Positions 1 through 13,629 are shown, numbered from the whole stretch's first letter. The stretch: DNA of 63,924 nt, filler included, from Octopus bimaculoides (GCF_001194135.2; 8 parts of 7 records of this genome joined end to end with filler, not necessarily neighbours in it); one strand, 5' to 3'. Translations and numbers: made by a program. The notes: a model not told the origin generated them from the sequence alone.

Positions 1-600
1 GTTTGTCTATGAGAAAGTGTGTGCATGTGCTGAAGATTTGCAACGAATCTACATTATATAATATTGTATTTGGGAGCCATTTATCCCACTCACAAATTCT
101 ACTTCAACGTATGGCTATTTTCCTTTATGCACAACTTATTCACTCCCCGATGCTCGCTCTCTATCTGTACCTTATTGACTATGTGTATCGAAAATGTGTG
201 TATGTGTTCTACCATGAGCACGCGCGCGTGTAATTTTATAACGTTAATGCACTCATTTATTCTCTGTATATTTATGTGTGTGTGATTGCAGATGTATTTC
301 CATTGGTGGACAATCTTAGTTATACTAGTGTATGAACGTGCATGCCACTATGTATGCACGTGTATCAAGGGAGTGTGAATGCCTATTTGATTATGAAGTT
401 CAAACATCTCGTGTGTTATCAATGTAATCTATAACGTATATTTTTTACGTGCACGTAAAATCATACACCAAAACATCTCTGTAAGCATGTGCTTATACAT
501 ACTCACACACAACACAGGCCCACAACATTCACATACGCACACACATACACACAGATATATTTATATGTATATATATATATATATGTGTATGTGCATATAT

Positions 601-631
<31 letters not shown>

Positions 632-1637
632 GGCATGTATATATACATATACATATATACATATACATATATACATACATACATATACATATATATGTGT
701 CTTTGTGTATTCATATATATATATATATGTTGATATAAGATATATCTGTCTATATNNNNNNNNNNNNNNNNNNNNNNNNNNNNNNNNNNNNNNNNNNNNN
801 NNNNNNNNNNNNNNNNNNNNNNNNNNNNNNNNNNNNNNNNNNNNNNNNNNNNNNNNNNNNNNNNNNNNNNNNNNNNNNNNNNNNNNNNNNNNNNNNNNNN
901 NNNNNNNNNNNNNNNNNNNNNNNNNNNNNNNNNNNNNNNNNNNNNNNNNNNNNNNNNNNNNNNNNNNNNNNNNNNNNNNNNNNNNNNNNNNNNNNNNNNN
1001 NNNNNNNNNNNNNNNNNNNNNNNNNNNNNNNNNNNNNNNNNNNNNNNNNNNNNNNNNNNNNNNNNNNNNNNNNNNNNNNNNNNNNNNNNNNNNNNNNNNN
1101 NNNNNNNNNNNNNNNNNNNNNNNNNNNNNNNNNNNNNNNNNNNNNNNNNNNNNNNNNNNNNNNNNNNNNNNNNNNNNNNNNNNNNNNNNNNNNNNNNNNN
1201 NNNNNNNNNNNNNNNNNNNNNNNNNNNNNNNNNNNNNNNNNNNNNNNNNNNNNNNNNNNNNNNNNNNNNNNNNNNNNNNNNNNNNNNNNNNNNNNNNNNN
1301 NNNNNNNNNNNNNNNNNNNNNNNNNNNNNNNNNNNNNNNNNNNNNNNNNNNNNNNNNNNNNNNNNNNNNNNNNNNNNNNNNNNNNNNNNNNNNNNNNNNN
1401 NNNNNNNNNNNNNNNNNNNNNNNNNNNNNNNNNNNNNNNNNNNNNNNNNNNNNNNNNNNNNNNNNNNNNNNNNNNNNNNNNNNNNNNNNNNNNNNNNNNN
1501 NNNNNNNNNNNNNNNNNNNNNNNNNNNNNNNNNNNNNNNNNNNNNNNNNNNNNNNNNNNNNNNNNNNNNNNNNNNNNNNNNNNNNNNNNNNNNNNNNNNN
1601 NNNNNNNNNNNNNNNNNNNNNNNNNNNNNNNNNNNNN

Positions 1638-1682
<45 letters not shown>

Positions 1683-2489
1683 ATATATATGTATATATAT
1701 ATTACATTACATTATATTATATTAATGAATATTAAAAACTATGCATATATGTTTGTGTTTCTGAATCTACAACGAAAAGATTACGATATAAAGTTATTAC
1801 ATGTGCACTCAATAGACAAAGCAAGATTTACCTGTACGAATTTGCATCAATGATACAAAACATAAAACAATTAATTTCACGCAAACACCCATACACACAT
1901 ATCCACATCCATACAGTAAGACGCACTCACACGCCGTAATACATGTTTGTGTATAGATATATGTATAGCTACATGTATATTTTCATAAATATGTATGTAN
2001 NNNNNNNNNNNNNNNNNNNNNNNNNNNNNNNNNNNNNNNNNNNTTAATTAATTAANNNNNNNNNNNNNNNNNNNNNNNNNNNNNNNNNNNNNNNNNNNNA
2101 TATATATATATATATATATAGCGTGCAGCAGAGATAGAGATTGTAATACAGACAGTAAACGGAAGACAACAATATAGGGGTATTGAGAGTGAAATTCGAG
2201 AGTGATGTCAGCGGAAGTGAGATAATTAGATAGATGGAGAAAAATATATTTTCTGATAAGTGTATTTGTGTTTTTTTTATCCGTGCTGCTTATATGCATG
2301 CTATTAATACGGTTATGTGTATGTATTTGTGCGTGAGCATGTGCGTATGTAGATATGCACGTACGTATGTATCTATGAATCTGCATGTATGTTATGTATT
2401 TATATATGAAAAAGGAATATGCATACATATATGCAAATGTGTGTGTGTCTGTGTGTGCGCGTGTACTATTATATATGCTCAGACATACG

Positions 2490-2605
2490 TATATAAGTCC
2501 CACTGCGTGGCACCTTGGGCAAGTGTCTTCTACTATATCCTCGGGCCGACCAAAGCCTTGTGAGTGGATTTGGTAGACGGAAACTGAAAGAAGCCCGTCG
2601 TATAT
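2490..2605 (+). mobile_element. SINE family A, 3' part with (TA)n tail
   Basis: GGCACCTTGGGCAAGTGTCTTCT...GTAGACGGAAACTGAAAGAAGCCCGTCGTATATA recurs inverted at about 11965-12085 and 55290-55445. Confidence 0.75.
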
Positions 2606-2918
2606 ATGTATATATATATATATGTGTGTGTGTGTGAGTGTGTGTCTGTGTTTGTAAATGAGTAAAAGAGTATGTGTTAATGTATACAAATATGTGTATA
2701 TTTTTCTGATATATATGTACTCCATCATCACAGAAGTACTTGCCTGTAACCTGTATATATATATATATATATTACAATTAAAAGGGTAAAGGTTTATCAA
2801 TTCATTAATTTATTAATAAATTGACAATTAATAATTTTTTACCAAGTCCTTCGGTGGAGAACTCATTTAAAAGTTCTTATACATTCGTTGCTAGCACCGT
2901 CGAATCTGCAACGAGAAT

Positions 2919-2976
2919 ATCATACTGAAGAGGAAATGGAGTGTTATCGCTCCTAAGCCAGAAACGCGTCTATGAT
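2919..2976 (+). ncRNA. Minimal type I hammerhead ribozyme motif (Penelope-associated type)
   Basis: ATCATA-CTGAAGA-G...GGAGTG/CGCTCC...CCA-GAAACGCGTC-TATGAT. It has a 6-bp stem I, a CUGANGA core, the palindrome ACGCGU in place of helix III, and a GUC cleavage triplet. There is an extra A before GAAA. Confidence 0.65.
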
Positions 2977-3446
2977 TAACTTCGAATGGTTAGTTTTCAT
3001 TGTTCTTTCTTCTTGTTTTGCCTTTGTGAGTTACAAGTAATGCTATCTGCTGGAGTCTCAGCATTTTGGCTGCTATTTCTGAACTTCGGTATGTGGTGAA
3101 GCAACTGTTTTGCTGATCCCTTAATTNNNNNNNNNNNNNNNNNNNATATATATGTATGTATGTATGTATATATATTTGCCATGCTACACCGCTCAAGTCT
3201 ACAAATTTTTTGCACTCGCGCTCTCTGTTTATTTTCTCTTACTCATTTCTGTTGAAGAGCGTAGGCTCGAAATGTAAAAGACTTTTTTTCATTTTCCCGA
3301 GCGTTAAAGTAATATATACTCATATATATATACATGTATGTTTATATATATAAATGTTTGTTTTTATGTTATAATAAAAAGAACTTTATGATAAACTGAA
3401 GAATTACTCAATACTTCTGCTAAGGTACAATTTTGTTTTCTTTAAG

Positions 3447-3521
3447 AAGAATAGCGTTGACGGAAACGGCAAGCTCAACTATCATGGGAATGCTGTACAT
3501 TTGATTTCCTCTGGGATTTCT
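3447..3521 (+). CDS. Tentative coding exon (KNSVDGNGKLNYHGNAVHLISSGIS)
   Basis: Pyrimidine-rich acceptor TTTTGTTTTCTTTAAG, open phase-0 frame, weak GTAGGG donor. Confidence 0.22.
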
Positions 3522-4954
3522 GTAGGGTTATGTTGATCGGCAGATATTTTACTAGATTTAGCTAATGTTATTTCTTCTTTGGATACTAGTGAGAAATTTA
3601 ACATTTTGGTTTGAGAATGTGAAGATTATGTTTAGATTTCACTCCAGAGTATAAACCTTGGTAATTAAGTGTGCTTATTTAGGTGTGTCAGTTTCCAGGT
3701 AATGGATTTTTAAAGAGTTTACTAAATATGTATTTAGTTAGTCAGCAGACTTCTTTTCGTGTTGGTGGTGTTATTTAAGATATTTTACCTGTTTGAAAAT
3801 AAATTCTTAGCAACAAAAGCAGAATTAAATCAAACGGTATATTTTTCCCTGTTTAAAGTGGATGTCGTGTTAGAATACACTATACTGCTATGGTTACTAT
3901 GAGAAACTCTCATATTGGCTTTCAGTGCATATAAGCACTCTTATTTACATCGCTAACGGGGAGGTAAATCACCGCCGAGACTATCATATCGCGTGAATTT
4001 CGGCCTTCCCTGGTTTTGTCGATGGTAGACACTCTATCACAAAATCTGCTTTTAAGTGTGGATAAATATTGTCTTTTGTTAGTAATACTGCTTCTGTTTC
4101 TAATAATAATTTTTTTTTAATAAACCCACAGCCTATTCGCGAAACCAGTGCCTGTTTAGGCACTGTAATTCTATGTATATAGCAAGCAGAGCTATCGTTG
4201 GTGATGGCGGTTAACTTATCTCACCTACATCATTGTAAACAAGTGTTCATAATGCCCTTATATATATAAAAATAAATAAATATGATTTAGGGAATAAACG
4301 ATGGATTCTTCCCTATGACTTTCTTTCACGCTAGCTACTTGATAAATTCTTATAGAAGATTTTATCCTATTAATGAATTAATTAAATATATAACCGGAAT
4401 ATATTCAGTGCTGAATTTTATTCCGAAAAAAAACACATGTACCGAAGTGCAGCTCGAAAAGCCCGCCTTTTTCATAGATATATAAGGATAAACAATCTTC
4501 TATATGCTGTCCAGAATACATGAAGTGTTCGTTTGGTATGTTCATTTTTTGTTTATTTTTAGGTGTCTTGACTATACTATACTGACGAGTGAAGATTATA
4601 TAATACTATAATGATCACGAAATCGGCGATCTATAGTTAAGTCAGTTTTTAAAAGGCTAGCTTTTTTGTGGGTTGCATTTTCCTCGCGTTCGGTAAAAAT
4701 GTGTTTTTGACGGTAGTTAGAATGAGGCATTCTTATATAGTAATGGTCTTACATATATATATATGTGTATATATATATATATAATTTATATAAGGGCATT
4801 ACTATACAATAATGCCTCACGCTTAGAGGGACTTCATAAGTCAAAACTACCAAAATAAGCACATTTTTACCGATCGCGAGGGAATGCAACTAACAAAGCT
4901 AACCTACTTGATAAATACTAACTACTTGATGAATTCTTATATTTATCCTAATAT

Positions 4955-5010
<56 letters not shown>

Positions 5011-5377
5011 TGTGTGTGTACTGTATGAAGGATCGGGGGCAAATTCAAGACAATGCGAAGTAAATGCAAGGTAACTCACAAGAAATCAAATATGTGAATT
5101 AATGTAGACTCACCTTGTATTCAATATTTCGGGGTTATGACCCCATTTTCAAGAAATAGACGTATGTTGCCGATGTGCGTGTGTGTATGTATATATATAG
5201 ATGAATGTATATACATATGTATGTATATATGTATGTATATATATATATGTATGTATGTATATATATGCATGTCCATATATGTATATGTATATATACATAT
5301 ATATATTATGTATATATATGTGTGTGTATATATATCAGAAATTTTGGCGCAGAAACAGCAATTTCGAGAGAGTGATA

Positions 5378-5545
5378 AGTGTATAGCATTGACTCCACTA
5401 CACAACTGGTGGTCATGTTAACGTCCTCAGGAGGATGAAAGGTAATGTTGACCTCGACAGAATTCGAACTCAGAAGGTGAAGACGGACGAAATGCCTCTA
5501 CAAATTCCACTCAACATGCTAACGATTCTAGTAGCTCGGCACCCT
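5378..5545 (-). mobile_element. tRNA-derived SINE family B, partial
   Basis: Reverse complement resembles GAGCTGGCAGAATCGTTAGCA...TTCTGAGTTCAAATT of the copy at 30922. Confidence 0.6.
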
Positions 5546-6924
5546 ACTGATGGGCGCGCGCGTGTGTGCGTGTGTGTGTGTGTGCGTGTGTGTGTGTGTG
5601 CGTGTGTGTGTGCGTGTGTGTGTGTGTATGTGTGCTCGTGTGTTTGTGTTTGTAAGTATTCGCACACATGCACATATATATAAATATATNNNNNNNNNNN
5701 NNNNNNNNNNNNNNNNNNNNNNNNNNNNNNNNNNNNNNNNNNNNATATATATATATATATATATAAGTATATCCGTATGTATGCATATATATATATATAG
5801 GTGTACATATACACTTACATATAATGAACATATATTTACAAACGTTCATAGGTTATGTTTACTTACTTGCTTGTGCTTGTCTGTGAGAGAGTATGTACGT
5901 ACACATACACCACACGCACGCACATATACACACGCATATATAAAACGCACACAGAGACATACATACAGGTATATGTATATTGATACATACATACGTACAT
6001 ACATACATACATACATACATACATACATACATACATACATACAAACAAATGTAATATTTTATAATTGACTCTCAGAAATGGAATAATTCCGAATCAATTT
6101 TCCGCTTCTATAATCTGAGCTTATTTTAATTTATCGGCTTTTTGTTTATTCGTCATTTCTCCTTTTTTATATTCATTTCAATTTTTATTTTACTTTATTG
6201 TTTTCGTTTGATTATCAACAGCTTCTTTCCGTTTTGGAGAAGAAAGTTAGAGTGTGTGACGTCTGTATTTTTTACTTTAAACATTTCTCTTCTTGTCTTC
6301 AATCAGTTTATGTTCCAGATTTACCTCCCTTGCATTTCCTGGGCAATATTCAATATGCAGTTATCGAGTTTTCTTTTCATCGCTGACGCACCGCGCAGTT
6401 TCTCTCAACTAAATCACTGGCAATTCACCCACGCATTTAACTGACTACCCCTCTCTCCTCGTCTGTGGGTTTGTGCTTCTCTAAGGAACGATTATTGTCT
6501 CCTACCGATGGCTTCCGTTTCATAAATCGGAAAAAAATAATATACAGTCATAACCTTGAAATTACAAAGTTTCTTTCGTGTCTAATTCAGATTTTACCAA
6601 GTCTGCCGATAAATTAAGTACAATTTTGTACAAAATCAAGTACAATTCGATAAATTAGATGCAATGATCTGTCGATTCTATTAATATTCCAGATTTTGAA
6701 GCACTGATCGACTGTAAAGACCATTGTATTTTTTCTTATAGGAATTGAAAGCTATTGTGTAAACACTTATAGCAAGATCAATAAGTAATGGGATATTTTT
6801 AAGTGTAACATTGAACACATTGTGTTTGCTTAATACATTTTGAGTAAAATTTGTGATCGAAGCAAACTCTTTTCCAACTGAGATTTCAAAATTGTATGCT
6901 TAAAGGAATATTCTAACTTCACAG

Positions 6925-7008
6925 AGTTTTATAGAATCTTTGTCTATCCTGATTCCGCAGAATTGCCAAGAAGTTCCACCGATGACAATCAAGCATTTTT
7001 TCGGACAT
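6925..7008 (+). CDS. Candidate coding exon (SFIESLSILIPQNCQEVPPMTIKHFFGH)
   Basis: CTAACTTCACAG acceptor, GTATGA donor, 84 nt, open, phase 0-0. Confidence 0.38.
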
Positions 7009-7259
7009 GTATGACATGTCTCTGAAAAAGGGTCAAATATATACATTACTTTATCTAGCACCTCATTGCATCCTTATATCTGGTAGTTCGTTATACAAAC
7101 ACCCCTCGTTGTTACATGATTTGAAGGAGAGTTAACTGCTGCAACTAGCAGGATGATCTTTAACGTTGAGGCTCCATTGTTTATTTACTTTCACACTTTC
7201 AGCAATTGTTGTAATATACAGCCTTAGTGAAGCGCCCGTCAAGGATTCGTTGCTGCATC

Positions 7260-7350
7260 AAACAACAAACAAAGGAGGACAAATATCCGTCAATTGTAAA
7301 TAATGTAAATAATGTACATAATTCCTCGTCTCTTAAATATAGAAGTGTAT
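7260..7350 (+). mobile_element. Tail-only copy of the HHR-SINE
   Basis: AACAACAAACAAAGGAGGACAAATATCCGTCAATTGTAAATAATGTAAATAATGT...TTAAATATAGAA matches the post-HHR tail at 35680 and 55597-55672. Confidence 0.75.
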
Positions 7351-8102
7351 TACTGTTATAATTGAAGTTCACACATTGGCTAGATCAACTTCACAATTCA
7401 TCGTATTGTGGGTGACAAATATATGTACCATTAACATTTTGAGCTATTTTATTTTATCAACTTATCTCCATACCTTAAAATTAACCTCAACTCCACCTCA
7501 CTCAAACAGTAACTTTCACAAAATAGTCACAACAATAAGACTATATTAATTTATGGTGAGAATGTAATTAGGAATAACAAAATATATATCACTCCATTCT
7601 TAACGTATTTATTTATTCTTAATTAGATGACTGTGAATATCTGAAAAAAAAAAGTAAAATAAGACGAATTCGAAATTGCGTTTTTTCTGTGTTTTACTTT
7701 TATACATATTTAAGAATATTACAATAAATATATTGTTATACTTGACGGTAGACATATTTTGCCAATTAAACACACACACTATATACTTGGATGCCTCTTC
7801 AGGTTTATATTATTATTTCAGTGTCTTTTTCTAAGTTCTTTTCGTCACACATCTTGTGAACCACATCAGCTACTCTCTATACCACGTGTCTCCTCTCGTT
7901 CTCCTTATATTTTCACCAAAAAACAACAAAATATATTCTTTTATGCAAAATGCATAATTTCTTCAGATTGCAATTAAAGGTTTGAAAAGCTGCAGCTTAA
8001 TAAAGCGCTGATCTTAACTATAGACACGCAACAGTGATTTTAAGCTGCTACTACTTTTTATCGTTCGAATGAGAGCCTCGAAACCTATTGATGCCTATAA
8101 TT

Positions 8103-8365
8103 CAGTGGTTCTCAATCAGGGTCTTTATGGTCCCTGGGGGTCCACATAAGATTTATTTGTTAAAAATTATGTGCAAGAAATTGGTCATACTTCAACAATA
8201 CACAAAATATTTCAACAATTTTGTACACGATTTCTAACGATATTTAACTATAACTATATATATTGGGATTATATTTTAACATCAAATGTCTATGAGGGTC
8301 CAGTTGAATAACTAAAATAAAAATCAAAGGGGTACATAGGTTAAAAAAATGGACGTGAACCACTA
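8103..8365 (+). mobile_element. hAT-type MITE
   Basis: Termini CAGTGGTTCTCAA and GTGAACCACTA. An inverted, truncated relative lies at about 41519-41712. Confidence 0.65.
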
Positions 8366-9797
8366 GCCTAATTGCTATACTGTCTGTGTAATATGAAATC
8401 TGACCCAGTATGCTGAAAGTTTCAGCTCCCCCCTTACGCTAATATATATGAACTACAACATTGCTTGTCAATAAATGTGAAATATATTTTATTTTTTATA
8501 TATTTTTTCCATGATCACTAAATTGCATTATCCACTGAAATACGGTCGATTAAATACTCAATCATTCATGCATGACTGGTTTCTGGTACTTAGTTTACTG
8601 ATTTCGATGGTATGGGAGTGGAAAATGTCAAGTCTAAGCCATCATTTGAACACACATCATGAAATGTCGGGACTAAATACAGTAAAATAATTATTTCTCC
8701 GCTCTTACTTACCATTTGTTTCAACTCATTGGTTTTCAAAGGCAAAACAGTTAAACTAGTGATTTTCTTTGTGAGTGACTGTGCATATATACATATGTGT
8801 GTGTGTGTCTGAGTGTGTAGTATCTGTGGGCTTATTTATATATATGCCTACACCTGAATGTGTGTCTCTGCTTATGTGTTCGTATTGTTTTGTACTTATA
8901 TGTGTGTGTTTGTGGCTGTGCGTATGTGCGTGTATATATATATATATATATATATATNNNNNNNNNNNNNNNNNNNNNNNNNNNNNNNNNNNNNNNNNNN
9001 NNNNNNNNNNNNNNNNNNNNNNNNNNNNNNNNNNNNNNNNNNNNNNNNNNNNNNNNNNNNNNNNNNNNNNNNNNNNNNNNNNNNNNNNNNNNNNNNNNNN
9101 NNNNNNNNNNNNNNNNNNNNNNNNNNNNNNNNNNNNNNNNNNNNNNNNNNNNNNNNNNNNNNNNNNNNNNNNNNNNNNNNNNNNNNNNNNNNNNNNNNNN
9201 NNNNNNNNNNNNNNNNNNNNNNNNNNNNNNNNNNNNNNNNNNNNNNNNNNNNNNNNNNNNNNNNNNNNNNNNNNNNNNNNNNNNNNNNNNNNNNNNNNNN
9301 NNNNNNNNNNNNNNNNNNNNNNNNNNNNNNNNNNNNNNNNNNNNNNNNNNNNNNNNNNNNNNNNNNNNNNNNNNNNNNNNNNNNNNNNNNNNNNNNNNNN
9401 NNNNNNNNNNNNNNNNNNNNNNNNNNNNNNNNNNNNNNNNNNNNNNNNNNNNNNNNNNNNNNNNNNNNNNNNNNNNNNNNNNNNNNNNNNNNNNNNNNNN
9501 NNNNNNNNNNNNNNNNNNNNNNNNNNNNNNNNNNNNNNNNNNNNNNNNNNNNNNNNNNNNNNNNNNNNNNNNNNNNNNNNNNNNNNNNNNNNNNNNNNNN
9601 NNNNNNNNNNNNNNNNNNNNNNNNNNNNNNNNNNNNNNNNNNNNNNNNNNNNNNNNNNNNNNNNNNNNNNNNNNNNNNNNNNNNNNNNNNNNNNNNNNNN
9701 NNNNNNNNNNNNNNNNNNNNNNNNNNNNNNNNNNNNNNNNNNNNNNNNNNNNNNNNNNNNNNNNNNNNNNNNNNNNNNNNNNNNNNNNNNNNNNNNN

Positions 9798-9832
<35 letters not shown>

Positions 9833-9997
9833 GTATATATGTATGTAAGTATGTATGTATATATATATATGTGCCTGTGTCTGTGTGTGTATATCATTCA
9901 AAACACAACGGGAACCATGCTTTATTAGTTTTTGTTATATGTATTCTTCGTGTTTTACAGTTTCTGGGAAAGGCATTATGATTTTTTAACTTCACAG

Positions 9998-10090
9998 CAT
10001 TGTCTTCAGACTAATGATATTGCTGTTATTGTGCAAGAAATTCTAGACGGGAACTCCCATCTTTTTTATGACAATACATCAAAGACTAAG
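9998..10090 (+). CDS. Candidate coding exon of unidentified gene (HCLQTNDIAVIVQEILDGNSHLFYDNTSKTK)
   Basis: TTTTTTAACTTCACAG acceptor, strong AAG|GTAAGG donor, 93 nt, open, phase 0-0, non-repetitive sequence. Confidence 0.58.
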
Positions 10091-10634
10091 GTAAGGTGTG
10101 ATGCTTTCGCTGCTATTTTTGACAAATAGGGCTATCACATAGGGGCCACTAGGATCATTACCAATTCAAGCAAGTTAGAGCTGACTCGATATAATCCCTT
10201 GATTTTAAAAAGTTTTCGATACATAGTACGCGTCATAACTGCCTACAATTCTGTCTTCGCCACACATTAACCAATCGTGTGTTTACATCATATTCCTCCC
10301 TGTCTATTACCTAACATCGCTTAACTATCTCCTTTGTGGAAATATGGCCGAATCTCTTGCTCTAACGTACATAACATAGTAAGTTAAAAGAAAAAACCTT
10401 TATTCAAGTGAAATTACACGATTAATTTGTACACAAATTTTCCTCTAAGGCTGCAAGGAATTAACAAATTTAAAACAAGAAAGACACTATTCAGATCACT
10501 TGATTGAAATTTTATTCACAGTATAGTTGGTGCAATAGAAAACGCTCGCACGCGCACGCACACAATACATATAAATATATACGTATCTATATATACATAC
10601 ATGTATATCTATATATAATGTGTATATTTACTTT

Positions 10635-10671
<37 letters not shown>

Positions 10672-11135
10672 NNNNNNNNNNNNNNNNNNNNNNNNNNNNN
10701 NNNNNNNNNNNNNNNNNNNNNNNNNNNNNNNNNNNNNNNNNNNNNNNNNNNNNNNNNNNNNNNNNNNNNNNNNNNNNNNNNNNNNNNNNNNNNNNNNNNN
10801 NNNNNNNNNNNNNNNNNNNNNNNNNNNNNNNNNNNNNNNNNNNNNNNNNNNNNNNNNNNNNNNNNNNNNNNNNNNNNNNNNNNNNNNNNNNNNNNNNNNN
10901 NNNNNNNNNNNNNNNNNNNNNNNNNNNNNNGCACGTGTTTCTGTCTCAATAAGCGTTACCAGCAAGAAAATTTTCTTTACCTACTTTCGGGGGACATGGA
11001 CATGTAGACACATTTTTAATCAAGGAAATTTCAATAAAATAAACAAAACTGAACAGAGGAAAATGCTTCGAAGTAATATATATGTATGCATCAATGAATA
11101 TACGTACATATATGCACACACAAACACACGCGCGT

Positions 11136-11174
<39 letters not shown>

Positions 11175-11199
11175 TGCCTTGGATATATGCTGTGATTTG

Positions 11200-11640
11200 T
11201 TTTAGTGTTGGTATTCTTTCTATCTAGGAAGTGTTTTATGTAGGATGTGTGCGGTGTCTAGCAGTGCTATTTTCTGTATGTTATATATATATTTGTTCAT
11301 AAATGCTGGTGTTTTGGTTATGTCTTTATTTGTATGACTTTTTAACCATACTTAATGCATATCTAGTACACCTATTATTATAGGGATCATTTCTGTCTTC
11401 AGCTCTCACATTCGGGTTATCTATATTTCAATGTCTTTGTACTTCGAGAGGTTCTCCGTTTCTTTTAGAGATATATTATGATATGCTGGCACTAATACAT
11501 TTATTAGAATACATTGTTTTTCATGGTCGTCCCTGACAATAATATCTGGCCTATCAGTCTTGATCCTTCTATTAGTGTGTACGGGCATATCCCGGAATAT
11601 AGCTACTTTCTAGTTTCTGAGGCATTTTCCAGGATATACA
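11200..11640 (-). mobile_element. R4/Dong-clade non-LTR retrotransposon, RLE endonuclease C-terminus (degraded)
   Basis: Minus-strand translation IFRDMPVHTNRRIKTDRPDIIVRD...SLKETENLSKYKDIEI*ITRM*ELKTEMIPIIIG...IQKIALLDTAHILHKTL, with PD..D and KxxKY motifs and in-frame stops. Confidence 0.85.
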
Positions 11641-11654
11641 TTATTTATCTTTTA

Positions 11655-11830
11655 GCTTTTACCTAATCCAGTCATTTGACTGCAGTCATGCAGCCATATG
11701 CAAATCGACCCCAGGGCTTTTGTTAAGCCTTGTACTTATTCTATCGGTCTCTTTTGCCGAACCGGTAAGTTACGGAAACTTAAACACCCCAACACCGGTT
11801 GTCAAGTCATGGTGGAAAGAGAACACAGAC
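11655..11830 (-). mobile_element. SINE family C, partial
   Basis: Reverse complement matches the repeats at 29608-29790 and 47975-48168 (...GCATGGCCACAGTCAAATGACTGAAACAAG tail). Confidence 0.65.
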
Positions 11831-11876
11831 AGAAAAACAGAGGTATACTTACACACACAGACACAGACACAGACAC

Positions 11877-11964
<88 letters not shown>

Positions 11965-11970
<6 letters not shown>

Positions 11971-12085
11971 CATGGGCTTCTTTCAATTTTCGTCTACCAA
12001 ATCCACTCACAATATTTTGGTCGACCCAAGTCTATAGTCGAAAACACTTGCTCAAGGTCCCACGCAGTGGGCCTCATCCCGGAAC
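11965..12085 (-). mobile_element. SINE family A
   Basis: Reverse complement of the 2490-2605 repeat. Confidence 0.7.
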
Positions 12086-12381
12086 TGCTTTTGATCATTC
12101 CTAGTACTACCGTATTCATTGGTATTCTAACTGTCTTAAGATACCATTTTTTTTTTTCGATTTCAATGAGCAAACCTTCATATTTTCTGGGCTTGTCAAA
12201 TTATTTTACCGCAATTTTAAGGTCACACTCGATACGCATGTCAATCAATAAACACACTATTATTTTGGATTTTTACAATAATGTTAGGATTATTTGATTT
12301 GATAGTTTTCTCTGTATATACAAGGAAGTCTCAAAGAATTGTTATACTTCTCCCTCAGTTACGGCCTATGAGTGATGGCTA

Positions 12382-12887
12382 TACAAGGGTGGGCTGAAAC
12401 GTTCATAGGCTGACGATGAAGGAGTGAAGCCAGAGCTGGGCAATCTTGCATGCATTAATTTCAGTTATTCCGATTAATAGCTGCATTGTTTCTTTTCAGG
12501 TAAGCTGACATCTGACTCATCAAAGAAAACTTCAAACGTAACTAGTAGCGACTTTTCTAGAAAGCAGACAAAATTTGTCATCGCAGTGTTATCGAGTACC
12601 TGCAGAAAAAGGGTTTGTTCACAAGGATTTTCAGACTGACGTAGTTGCTATATTAGCGGACGACACTGGGAACCCGTAAGAACAGCGATGATGACATCAT
12701 ATTTGCAGTGTATGACTCTTTTGACCGCCACGATGAAAACTTCTTCACCAATGAAACCCAAACATGGCAACACTGATGGAAGAAGTGTGTGGATCGCAAG
12801 TGGGATTTTATAGAAAAATAAACCCCATTTGGTTGCATTTCATGAGGGTATCCTTGTCAGCCTAGGAACGTTTCAGCTGACCTCATA
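12382..12887 (+). mobile_element. Non-autonomous mariner element
   Basis: TA-flanked TIRs (GCTGAAACGTTCATAGGCTGAC / GTCAGCCTAGGAACGTTTCAGC) and an internal transposase C-terminus DDDIIFAVYDSF...H*WKKCVDRKWDFIEK*. Confidence 0.8.
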
Positions 12888-12949
12888 ACAAAATATATGC
12901 GGCGGTCGGAAGACGTAGCACGAAGTCGAATAAAGACGGAACGCGATGA

Positions 12950-13530
12950 AACCGAAGAGGTAAAGGAGTACGTCTACTTAGAGCCCATGGTGGATATGCA
13001 TCGTGACATGGATGCTGTAATATCAAAGAGATTAAGAGCAGCATCGCAGGCATTTACTTTAATAAGTAACGTGTTCCATACAATGCTATGTAATGCCATA
13101 CGTGCCAGACTCCTCGATAGCACCGTCCTATATGCGCTATTATACGCAAGTGAGACGTGACCTACTACGAAGAGGATAGAACATCGATTGGCTACGACGC
13201 AGACATTCATGAGAAGATCCACGCTAGGAATATCACTAAGAGGGCACATTCCAGATGCGATAATTCGAGAACTGGAGAGGAATGAACAATGTGATCGTAG
13301 AGTACCGAAAGCACAAGTTTCACTGAGCCGAACATGTCATAAGATTCACAGACAACAGGTGGACCCGGGAAGTTACCGACTGGTATCCAGGAGATCAGAA
13401 AAGGTCACTTGGACGGCTTACACGATGATGGGAAGAGGATTTAGTCAAGAAATTTGTGTCAAGATGGAAAAGAATGGCAGAGTCAAGACAGAGTTGGAAG
13501 CGTATTGTGACCAGCGATGTACAACAACAC
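12950..13530 (+). mobile_element. RTE-clade LINE, 3' fragment (degraded)
   Basis: EEVKEYVYL...ISKRLRAASQAF...LDSTVLYALLYASET*...MRRSTLGISLR is typical of the RTE ORF2 C-terminal region. Confidence 0.8.
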
Positions 13531-13584
13531 AGTTCTTCCGTCTTCATAGCAAAGACCAGAGAATGTGTGTGTAGGATAAACGTA

Positions 13585-13629
13585 TTATCATCATGAAGGT
13601 CACTGGTCATGACGAAAGAGTTTTGATAA
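13585..13629 (+). ncRNA. Degenerate minimal hammerhead-like remnant
   Basis: TTATCA-TCATGAAG-GTCA(CTGGTCA)TGAC-GAAAGAGTTT-TGATAA. Stems I and II are intact, but the core is mutated. Confidence 0.35.
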
